Assembly: GCA_002633005.1 (NCBI GenBank)
Contig: NMRA01000007.1
Coordinates: 1,316,362 to 1,380,361, forward strand
Origin: Phoronis australis
Taxonomy: Eukaryota > Animalia > Phoronida
DNA length: 64,000 nucleotides
Direction: 5' to 3'
Shown: piece after piece, positions 40,601 through 52,600 of the stretch
How the letters are laid out: each line of letters begins with the position of its first letter
How positions within the stretch are numbered: position 1 is the stretch's first letter
Program-made: the position numbers and the translations under genes
Notes under the pieces: generated by a model
The model's input: the letters and a program-made list of their open reading frames with translations, nothing else
What the model was told of the DNA's origin: nothing
Database searches by the model: none

Positions 40601-43600
40601 TAAACCCCTGGAAATGATCAAAATTTACTTTTAATCGTGAAAAGTGCAACATGCAAATCTAAATGAATTGAAATTTGGAACAAAAAAATTTCACTTCTTT
40701 GTCATACTACGTAAGTCCTAATTTTCATACATTTTTCCGTACAATTTCAAATGAGAATTCAAGCTTGAAGACAACACAGCTCAATTCAAGATAACCAACA
40801 TTTCTTTTAATGTAAATCCTAATCTGAAAGGTTTGTTTGAAGCTCCAACACAGCACCAGCTGTACACACCATTGTTTAGGTTCGGGTTTTGGGTGGAACT
40901 CTTTGAATTTTTTTTCCCGAGTCAGGGTTGGTAATTACATATGACATAACCAGGGATCAAATTGAGTTCACTAATTGCTAGAATGGAAAAATTAAGGTTG
41001 CAATTTTGGTTTGACCTGATTAGCATTGTGTGAGACTTTTAAAGATGTTTTTTATTGAAAAAAGGATGAAAGTGTCTTACAAAGCAACTATCTATTTTGA
41101 AGTCATAATTGTATGTAACACGTTTTCTTATCTAACAATAATCCCTTAAAGCTACACTGAGCACTGCCTTGGTAATGTGACCATTACCTTGGGACATTCT
41201 ATTTCACTCGACACTGAGTCAGTGTTAGGTCTTTTTTGCAGCACGTCATGAAAAATCACGCTATAAACTAAAACAACTTCTCGTTTTCTGTGGTCAGAAT
41301 GGAGAGCCTAAATGCAATTTTTGGTTCAATAAACTGTGCCATTCCTAATTTATCTCAAAAGGAAGTTGGCCATATGTGACAGCTCATAGCAATGCCCAAA
41401 AATGTCTTTACAGACAATTCAACAGTGCTGCATTAAAAGAACAACTTCGAATTCTACAGAACTCAATGTATGTCCCATTCTACAGCTCGGCAAACTACTT
41501 ATCAACACCAAGGCAACTGAGGTATTAGTGTACCTGTTGGCGCGGGGGGCGGTCACTGTGCCCCACGTAGTACCCTTCTCGTACTCCATAAGGAGGTGAA
41601 CGGGGTCGACAATACTGCCAGAGGTAGCCACTACAACAGATCGAGAAGGCAGAGCATGCATATGCACGCCAGTAGAATAACAGAACTGTACCGCAACCAG
41701 GGTGCACCAGCAAACACGCGCAAAGGAGCCATGTTTTCACTGGCAGTGAATGATAAAGAGATTGTTCCGTAGCCTCTGTTTAATTACTGTAATGTTGATG
41801 CTTCATATGCATTTTAACCAGCACGTTTATTTTTTATCATTACTTTTCACATAAAAACCGCAGTACATTTAGGATTGCAGTGAAATTCTTCAGCTTAACG
41901 ACACAACAAGGGGGGACAAATGGAATTGTATTTTCTCAACAGCTATCATGGTTTACACGGTGCAGCAATTATAAACAACATTTGGTGAAATTTTGAGCAT
42001 GTTCAGCAATGTAAGGTTTTGAAGAACAGAAAACTTGCAGCTTCAGTAATTAGTTTGATACAAAAACTGAAGAGTTTTTACCAGTGAACACAGTTACATT
42101 TAAGGTAGTCAAAAATAACTTTTGAGTTCCCGTACATCACATTCTGCAATAAAATTGGTTTGAAATTAAATCGTATCTTACTATGAGTGATGATTTCTGG
42201 GCTATGGAAGAACTGACTGTTTAGTAAGTGCTCGAGACGATGCTTGTCACATAAAATGATTCGCAGTGACACGCCAACTTGTTGAGTTTGATCCCAAGCA
42301 ATAATATAAGTTCAATTACTTCCAAGCCAAGAAATCTTCTTAAATCCAAGTAAGGAACAGTTAGTACCAGACTTGCGGTAGAAATTGGTCAGGATTAAAG
42401 AATGTTTGTTTGACAGTAGGTGGGTTTAGTCGCTTTAATAAAGAAATTCTACACATTTTTATTTTGTTACATTAGTTACAACATTTTCATACCAAGTTGC
42501 ATTTCTTTTCTTCAAGAATTGAGCTTTATGACACTGTGTTCCATGGCCACAAACGTACACAGTACGTCTTTGATCAGGATACTGGCTCCATGAATTGAGT
42601 TTAAAATGGGTACGCAAACAACCAACTGCAATTTGGGCAAAAATAATTGCTGAAAATGTCAATTTACAAAGGCTTGCTATACTGCTCTAAATGCTGAAAA
42701 TTAACCAAATGTTTGAAGACAGTTGTACGGGACAAACTATGCTGAAAATGAGGTAAAAAATTCAGATTAGTTGCTTTTGATGACGAAATTTAACATGAAA
42801 TTCCACTTGTCTACCACAGTGTCTTAAACTGAGTAAATTTTATAAAAAATGTTATAAAACTTCCTGTTTTTGGACAGTGAACGAAAACTTTATTATTGCG
42901 GTGATTTTCTTGAATAACACTTCAGAGATGAAATTCAGAATTTTTTTCCAAATAAGACCAAATTTCTATGGCTATGTGTAACATTAACGTTATCATGCAA
43001 TGCCAATGTAACCGAGACGGGTGCCTGAGGGCAGTAAGGACTTGAGTGCACCTGAAATATGTTACCTGTTGGCCCTGGGCGATGTGAACCTGCCCCATGT
43101 CTGTCCGGCAGGATACTCTAACACAATGTGAGCATCATCCTGTCCACGTAAGTTATTGGACACTGGAAATACACGCAGTGTGTTGAGATCCTTAAGTTCC
43201 TTATAGGAGATAAAGTGTTGACAACGAGAGGCGGTTGCTAGAACCAACCTTTGCCATTTGATATTTCTAGACCACTTATGGCTTCAAAATTGACATATAC
43301 TATACTCGTAGATGACCAAAAAGCAGTTGGTTGTGGTCTTTTGATGTCTTGAAAATTGATGAGGTGGTGCGGTATTGTTTTATGTCCTCACTTCTTGCGA
43401 AAAGAGAAAATACATCCAAGAAAAGCAAAAATGCTGCAGGGTCTGTTTTTCAATCACCACTTGGCAAAGCATGGCGCCTAAAACCCTGCTTACCCTTACC
43501 TTTGCGCACCTATTAAAAAACCCTCATACCTCGGCTGAAACTGATGCAAGCCGGCATTTTCAAAATTAGTAAAGACCAGAACCAGTTCTACTTTTTTGGC

Positions 43601-46600
43601 CTAACGTTACACAAAAATACACCATAGACAAGTGATTCGATGTTTCTTTAACTCCACTCAAACCACTTTCAAACCAATTTCAGAGTGGAAACCACACAAG
43701 ACCTCGGGTGAAATTGATGCAGGACATTGCTTTTCCTTCAAGAAGCACAGGTTTCAAAATGAGCTTTTTGGGCTAAGTGAATCTTGGTTTACGTTTTATA
43801 GGATGTCATTTTATGTGCCGCAAACAATGTGGCTTTCTACTAAATGTGCCGCAACACTAGATGGCGTTCTAACTCTGTGTTGCTTCGAGAAAAATGGAGT
43901 ACCATCTTAACCAAAAACAACTAGATAACTTAAAATTGTATTTCCACTTAAGCTCATAAAATAGGTATCCGTTACTAACATGGACATCGAAACTATCAGC
44001 GACTCAAGAAAGAAAATGTTTATTGGGTTTGGCCAACACTAAAATTGCGACTTCAAAAATGGCATATCAATGCATTGCCCGTGACTTGAGTTGCCAGCTT
44101 ATTGAATTTTTTGAACTCCAAAGCGCTTCAATTAAAAACTCAACAATGACAGCTAAATAGCGGCAAAATGCGCTTTTAGACAGTAGACATCCACGTGTTT
44201 ATGGAAATGGACAGCAAACATCGCCATATTCCCACTTCTTTCACCAAACACTGATTCAGGGCAATGACCTCAAGAGCAGTGTCTGAAATGACGTCAAATT
44301 TGACACAACCCTTCTAAGATTTGGCCGCTTTATATCAATGGCAGTGATTGTCAATCCATTCTAAGTAACATGAATCTTAATGCCTTGGTTGAGTAAAAAT
44401 TCTATTCTATAGGTTTTAAGTGAAATGTGGGGATAGCATACAAAACAGTTTTAGGAAAAAACAACTAATTATTAATAACTATTTAAGATAACACTATCAT
44501 GATCCCTCCATTTTGCATTTTTTTGTTAATTTGTGTATTTTCAGGTGAAATGTCACAGGACAAATTTTATCGTAGCAGGAAAAAAGGCTTTATCACTGCA
44601 GAACTTTAATATTACAGCCTACATCGGGCAATGTGTTGAGAAATTGCATGCACAGAGCTAACAAGAAACCTTTGAAACTGTAGAAAGGGTTATTTTGGCA
44701 CTTGCTTTTGTCAGAAATTGGCGATATTCTATTTGTTTTGTTAATCCTATGTTCGCAAGCTTCCTACATTAACGTTACAAAAAATTAGAAGGTTAATCTA
44801 TAGTAGTGTGGACTGAAAAGCCGAACAAAAATCAAAAGCACACAACTCAAGATGTAATGACGAAGTCAATTCAGAATTGCCAGACGGTATCAACAGTTCT
44901 GCAAGAGACCATCGTTGGCCTCTTCATGCCTATGACAACAAGAATAAGATGCACATTGCTCACACCGGGTCACGGTCAAGGGTCAGTCGTTCAAAATTTG
45001 ATGTATTAATCCAGCAGTCAGACATGAACGTAGAAGATCCAAGAACATAATAAAGTATGACAAGCGGGGAAAAAATAACCACAAGGAAACCGTTATTAGA
45101 AGCAAGGTAATTTATCATAAGGCAAGGTGACCTTATATGATAATACGAATATCAGAAACATCAAAGCGTGCATACCTGCATGCAGGCACTCTAAAAAAGT
45201 TACATTATCTGTCTAGTTGATATCAAAATTTATGGGGTGGATGGAAAACACCAGGACAGGTCAACCAGATGCCTTTTCTGATTCAGCTTTAGCTAGTTAA
45301 AAAAACTTCACAAAATAAATTTTACACCAAAACAACTTGCAGTCAAAAGTTCTTCTCAAATGAATAAGTTCAAATAAAGAAAATGGAAAGTACAAAGTCA
45401 CAAGCATAACTAAGCTGATAAATTACTTCATTGAAGTTTTATCATGTCATTTACATGAAACTAAAAATTTTCAAATAAATTTACAGGCTGCAAAGCATTA
45501 AATTCAAATAAAAATTGGTCAAAAGGACAAAATACTATTTCCTTATCGGCTACCTCAAATAAAAAGACTGTATATTCTCGCAACTTCGTCCTTTGCGCAA
45601 AATAAAAACAATGCTTGCAATAAGTCCACGCTGCAATGCCCATCTGTGTTTTCTTAATCATGGACAAAAGTTATAAACAAAGCCACTGCACCCAATGAAT
45701 GCCTATTTAACCTGGCCGAGTTCAACAACCCAGTAGCTGTTGCACCTGATTTTCTGACCACCCTGTAGTCAGATACAAAAATAGCTGTAATAGACAGTAC
45801 ATCGAACAAAAAGTTGACATAGTGCAACAACAACAGATTAGCAATCAACAGTCGTAGTACATGCAAGCTGTCTTTCAACCAGGTGACAACCTTGAAAAAG
45901 GTCAGTGAAGTTGTGTATTACTCACAACAGGACAAAGACAGTGTTGAGAATAAGTCGTGTCATTTGCTGAAAATACCTAATAGACACCATGATTTGGAGC
46001 CTCAAAGTAATACTCCTGTGTAGTCTCGTGAGTGGTCTAGATGGTGCGAAGATCCTTATGTTTCCGTTTGGCCACTTCAACCATCCTATTTTGCAATACA
46101 CGGAGCATTTATCCACTCTGCTCGCGAAGAACCACTCAGTGTTTGTGCTAATCAACAGCGGTTATGAACCGCCAACACCTATGATTGATGCCGGAGTCAA
46201 CTTGATACAATTTGGGCGACCACCTGATGCACACACAAAGGAACAAAACTTGAACATGTCGCTGGCGAAGTACGCGGACATGTCTATGTACGACTTCTAC
46301 AGGTTGGAGGGGGATGCCTCTGTAGAGTTTTGCAAAGTGGTGGTAAAAAATGAGCAACTACTGGAAACACTGAAACAACAGAAATTCGACCTCATGTTCA
46401 TAGACTGTGTTGAGTTATGCGGTCGTATGCTAGCCAGCCATCTCGACCTGCCAGCCATCACCCTGCAGTGGGACTTGTCAGTCGCCAAAATGGAGAATTT
46501 GGAATTTTCTTTCGATCTGTCCTACTTTCCGCATGACTTCCTGCCGAACATCCGGGACGTCATGACCTTCCCACAGAGGCTGTCCAATGTTGTTGATTTC

Positions 46601-49600
46601 ATACTCGGGGCATACTCGATGGCCTACTTTCAGAAGCGTCTTAAAAGAATAGGACAGCAGAACAAGTTGAACATCAAAACCCTGGACGACCTGAGCCTTA
46701 TCTACGGAAACTTTCCATTCGAATATCCAACCTTAACCTCCCCTGATATGGTATTTGCTGGTGATGTCTTCATACCAAAACCAGCACCCTTACCAAAGGA
46801 TGTGGAGAAATTCATTGCTGGAGAGTCCGGTGTCATAGTGGTCAGTTTCAGCGACTTCATTTACGACTACGGAGAGAGATTTTTAACTATCTTCACCACG
46901 GCGCTAAGCACGGTACCGTACAAAGTGATATGGCATTATAAGGGCTCAGTCAAGCCATCGGGTCTAGGTAATAATGTCAAGGTCGTCAAGAAATTCCAGC
47001 GATCGAGTTACCTGGCTCATCCAAACGTTAAGCTGTTTATATCTGGTTCTACAGTTGGCGATGCATACGAAGCGACGCATTTCGGCGTGCCTATCATCGC
47101 AATACCACTCAACATGGATGGATATCGAGACTCGACACGCCTGGCGAAGCACTTCAAGATGGGCACAAAGATGGAGATCATGCAGCTTACCTCGATATCA
47201 CTGTCACATAAAATTGAAGATGTGATGGAAAATCCAGAGTTTCTCAAAAATGCCCAAAACATGAAAAACCTGGTCCGAGAACAGCCAATAGACAGCAGGC
47301 AAGCTCTGAATTACTGGATTGACTATATGATCAAGTACAAAAGTGCAGCTCACCTTATTCCGTATGGGCGACACATGCCCTGGTACAAGTACTACCTAAT
47401 AGACGTTATTGTGGTTTTCAAAATGGCCGTTCTGCTGTTGATTTACGTCGTGTATCGAACAGTTAAATATTTCCTTGGCCCAAAAGCTGCACAGGCCAGT
47501 ATCCCTGCCAGACATTCAAAAGACGACTGAACTATGAGATATTTTGTCTTTTTACAGATTGCAAAAATTCCTATGCATGCGCATCGCAGAGTGTAGACTT
47601 GGGAAAAATGAATCCATCAGACTAGGACGTGATTATTTGCTAGAAAAAACTGGCAAAGAAGAACAACAAGAAAACTTTTGTCGTGTAGTTGCCAACACTC
47701 GAAAATGGAAAAGCAGGACATATGAATTTACGCTATACTGCAAGGGGCACAAATGTCCGCTGCAACACCCAGAAACGTCACACTGATAGTGGTTTTTAAT
47801 CTTTTTTAAACCTTACCGGAACAGGGAAATAGGGGATATTGTATGGATAAGCAAAGAAATCTACAAATCGGCGTATGTACGTAAATTTTGCCACATGTGT
47901 CACAAAGCGAGACATTGTCATACTGTGGCTGGACACAGAACAATGCTTCAAAAAGTGACACAGTCCTGCCAAAAGTGAGACAGTTGGAATGTCATCATAG
48001 TCTTTCAATCATCTAAATTATCACTTCACCTATTAGCATTTCTTGGGTCATTCCTACATCCAGTGATGTATTCGATGACATAGCTCAGTTGGAACGAGTC
48101 TTTTTTTGTTGTCTCGAAATTGACATATTTGTTTCCCACAATCCTTTGTGCTGTTTATGTATCATGCTTTTTGTAACAGGGCAACTGAAAGCAAAATTGC
48201 ATGTCCACATCCTTGGTTCAGAACTGGTCGGGAGTAATTATTATGCTGGGACACACATCGTGTTTTTCACTGACCAGTCTAGGAATTTGCCTGGATTATG
48301 CATTTGACAGAAGAATAAAAACAAATTGTGAAATAAGTCAACATGCGAAAATTTCCACTATTATGGTATTTATCACTTACAGGGGCCCTGCATTTTGAGA
48401 ACCAGAATTTTCTTCACTTAATTGTACATTGTCTCATGTGAAGCTCATAAGCAGTATTTTTGCCATTTTAAACTGTAACAAAGATGTTTCTAACGAAGTC
48501 CAAAGTTGCAGAGAATTAGATTCTTAAAGCATGCACAGTTTCACGTTAGCCACATGGATACACATCTGCAGACAAAGTACAGATGATCAGAAGGATACTA
48601 GATTGTTCCATACTCCTGAACCTCAACAGTTATAGACAGATCACAGACGATGGAAGATAAATCTACCATGACATCCAGGTGTGCCTGGATTTGCCACAAA
48701 GATAGATAATGGATGATCCAACAAGAACAGAACTGGGAGCTATTTTTGCGGCATATAAGTAACAAGTACAGATCACAGGTGATTCATGGACGACTCTATT
48801 CATCTGTAAAATGACAAAATAATGTACGTTTACAGAAAATCAAGCAGCCGCTTATCCATATGAAAACACAAAGTCGTGTGCAAGACTTGGGTATTGAATC
48901 ATGTTACATGGCCTAGAGCAATAATCATTAGAATTTTGTAATCTACCAAGGCAAGTTGGATACAATATCCTTTGTATAGCAAAAATTGTGAGATCTCAGT
49001 GCCAATGTGATTTTATAAACCATGAAAAGTATTTGCTGTTTTTAAGAAATTTTGTGTTAATATATGTTGTTGTTATATTTATTTAGTATTTTCAAACAAA
49101 AATCCAGAATACAGACAGTTTTTACTGTTTTACTCCATGACATGGGTGGACATAGACTGCATATTTCATTGACTGCATTATTGAATAATCAAAACAAAAC
49201 ATTGTTTTTGCAAAAATCTTCATGAATTTAGGAACATGTGCAAACAACCCTAATGTACATGGTAGTTGGTACAACAAAATTTTTTAAAAGACAAATGGCA
49301 AAATGTCACCACAGCACTAAAATAATGGTTTGTGATGTTAAAGTTCAGTACCAAAGCTACCCCAAGACAATGTTTTGGAAAACTGTGGGCAGTCACCAAC
49401 ATTAGAAAACCTTGAAAAATGAAAAAGGCTAATTTTGACAGTTATTTTTGCCCGAAATCGGTGAGATTTTACCAGAATGTATGTTGGGTGCAATGTTACA
49501 ACTTAAATGCACAGTCTGTGGCAAAGCTATTATTAATGTTGAAAACTCAACTAAGCACATATTGATTTTCCCATCATTGTTGTGTACAGAGAAATCAAAG

Positions 49601-52600
49601 TGTCAATGATGGAGAGAAACACATGATGTGACCTGATCCACATGATGTGACCTGATCCACATTGACACAAACCTACCATGCATAACCTAGCTCATAAATA
49701 TTTTTATGCAAAAACTCTATGTAAATTCATCTAGTGAGCTTTTTAACCAAAGACTCGTATCTTAACTCGCCTTTTTTACAAATGCAGAAAAGCACATTGT
49801 ATAACTGACCTAATTTTCCAAAATTTGGTCATTAAGACAAATTTGAGCTGAATCAGACGAGTAAAAAACAAATGCAACACACAGCTTACAAATTTCATTT
49901 TTAAAATGAGAACTGAACTCACCTCATTAGAATACGAATAGCAAATATTGAAATGTCAAAATAATTTTGATATGTAAAATAGTGATAAGCATGGCAGCAG
50001 AGACCAATAGTAGAACAAATACCTGGCAGACCCACAGCATTGTGGGTAAATACTATAGAATAAGAGTGGTGCTGTGGTATTTTGGAATATGCCTATTGAG
50101 ACCCTCGACATCTTGGATTCGCATTACCTTTAAACACCACAGATAAGAAATGGAATGGATAATAAATTCTGAAACTAGCTTTGAATGGTCAGAAAACGAT
50201 CCGACAGAAAAGAGGGTGACGGTATATACATTACAACATACATGCTGCTACTGCCTGTCCATCAACATAACTAGTACAGACTGAACTCTAGAGACTTTAT
50301 GGCAGCACATTCAATGTTATGTCGACTACTGCTGACCCATAAGCCAAATACCAAAAACCTCTGTACCTGAACTTAAACAAAAAACCCTGAAATGTCATCA
50401 CTCTTTAAACTGTGCCATTAAAATGCAAATAGAAGGGTGGTACGATACAAGCCTGTCGTCTGACATTTGCACTGAAAAGCGTAAAAACAAAAACGTTATT
50501 GATCAAAAATGGTGCCTGCCATAAAATAAAATAGTTCAGCGAATTTTTCATATTTAGTTTTATTAATACTTTACTAAGTTGTGAACCTTTCTAAGCAATC
50601 AAGTGACGCAACAAGACGGTCTACATCTCGCAGTATTTATCAACCTAAGGACATTTAAGAGTGGTTGGTTCCTTGCTTTACATTAAATTCAATTATAATG
50701 CATGCAACACCATACACACATGCCCTTGCGCCTGAGAGTAAAGCTAAAAAGGAATAACTGATTTGAGTCTGCTTCCTTTTGAAAATTGAGTTGGTGGTGC
50801 GATATTTTTCAGAAAAGAAAATCTACCTGCGACGAGAGCAAAAATGATGCGGATTTTGGTACTCATCCCTAGGCAAATCACGGGGTGTCAAATCTTGCTT
50901 ATCCTTGTTTATGTGCCTTAATGCAGATTTTCAAAAAAAAAACCAGACACTGTCTGAAAATGATGCAGGCGGGGTTTTTTACAGTCGGTGAGCGCAAGTC
51001 TCAAAATGAGTCAAGTTAAAGACCATTGCCCTCTAGGCTTTTTAGCCAAATGAAATCAAGACCTGTTCAATCAGACGTCGATGCCATGGCGACCAGTTTG
51101 ATTAGTGATCGCCTACAGGTAAGAGCTCAGTTGCCTGTGGATTGACGTGGTCAACCAAAAGATTGATGTGAGATCAACATAATTTCATTGGACACATTCC
51201 ACTTAAGTTAATACGTACTTTAAGTCCTACAAACTTCTACTTAGGCCAAGTCACACAATATGGCAGGTAAGTAAAATTTATTAGTCAAGTTTCTAAACAA
51301 AAATAAGGATCAAGAAAAATTTAGTAAGCATTTCCAGCTTGGCTTATACTGTTTTAGATGTCACAACCGTTTAGTAAATCAGTCTTTAACAAATAAAAAA
51401 AATTAATTTTTAGTGATATTTTTTGTGCAAAATAACTGAAGAATTACTGTACCATGCTACAAATAACCAAAATTCTTAACAAACTGTTTTAAAACATTTG
51501 CAGGGTACAGTCCATTCTAAAAATAACGTGGAATTTCACCAAAAGTTTATTTTCTGCTAAGAAAGATAAAAAATTAAATTTCACCTGTATGTCCCATATG
51601 GTATGCTAAAAAGTTTCCCTGTCCATGGTAATATCACAGAAATTATCAAAACACATCAAATGATAACATTCTTCGTAATGTTACTATTTAAGACACTCAA
51701 TTCTTCAACTTCATCATAAAATTTGACAACTAAAACCACTTGCTCTGTTCAAAGCATGAAGCAGGTAAAATTTTGCCAAGCTAGTATTTCTAAAAAGTTC
51801 AACATAGAATGTCTAAAACACAAAAATTTGTAAACTTGTCCAACATTCAAACTTTAAGAACGAACACAGGATTTTACGCAAAAATTTTTTAATATCTAGG
51901 TAACTGAATCTGTTACTTATATTCATCAAAGAAGTATTTCGAGAGTGACCTTCCCTTCTTTGCCAAGTATGGAAATGACGTAAAATAAGGTTTACTCCAT
52001 ATTATACCATTTTCTACATTAACAAGCAGTATCCTTGTGGAAATTTAAACCACAGAATTGCTTCAAGAAAAGAAAACATAGCTCAATGTGTCTAAGTTAT
52101 TCTAAGCCATAAAACAGTATCATCAAGAGCCTATGGAGCGTAACAGAAACATACCCTAGGCTGATACTAATATAACTCTCATACATCAAGTATTATTAAT
52201 TAATTAATTAATTTGAGCGGATTGAAAGGAATACTGGATTCACTTCCATAAGGAACATAAAACAAGTGGCGTCCTCTATTGGTCATGTATGCATAACTCC
52301 TACACAGTAGTGAAATCAACACAGCTTGACTAGCATCTTGAGATTTTGGCAAGATTTATGCTAATCTAACTCCCGAATTCAAACTTGTCCTAGACTCAAA
52401 TTTAACCAATTACAATGCATGATTCGAGTAGAAAATTGCAAATTTTCTCAAAACAGGATACGTAATTGGTCAATTATCCATTCAAATTTCAAATAGACAG
52501 ATTAAACATGGGCCAAGATTTTGATATAACATGTTTGCGGAGACAACCTCAGTGAAGTACATTAAAAAACTAGTGGCCACTGAAGTAATCGGATAGCTAT

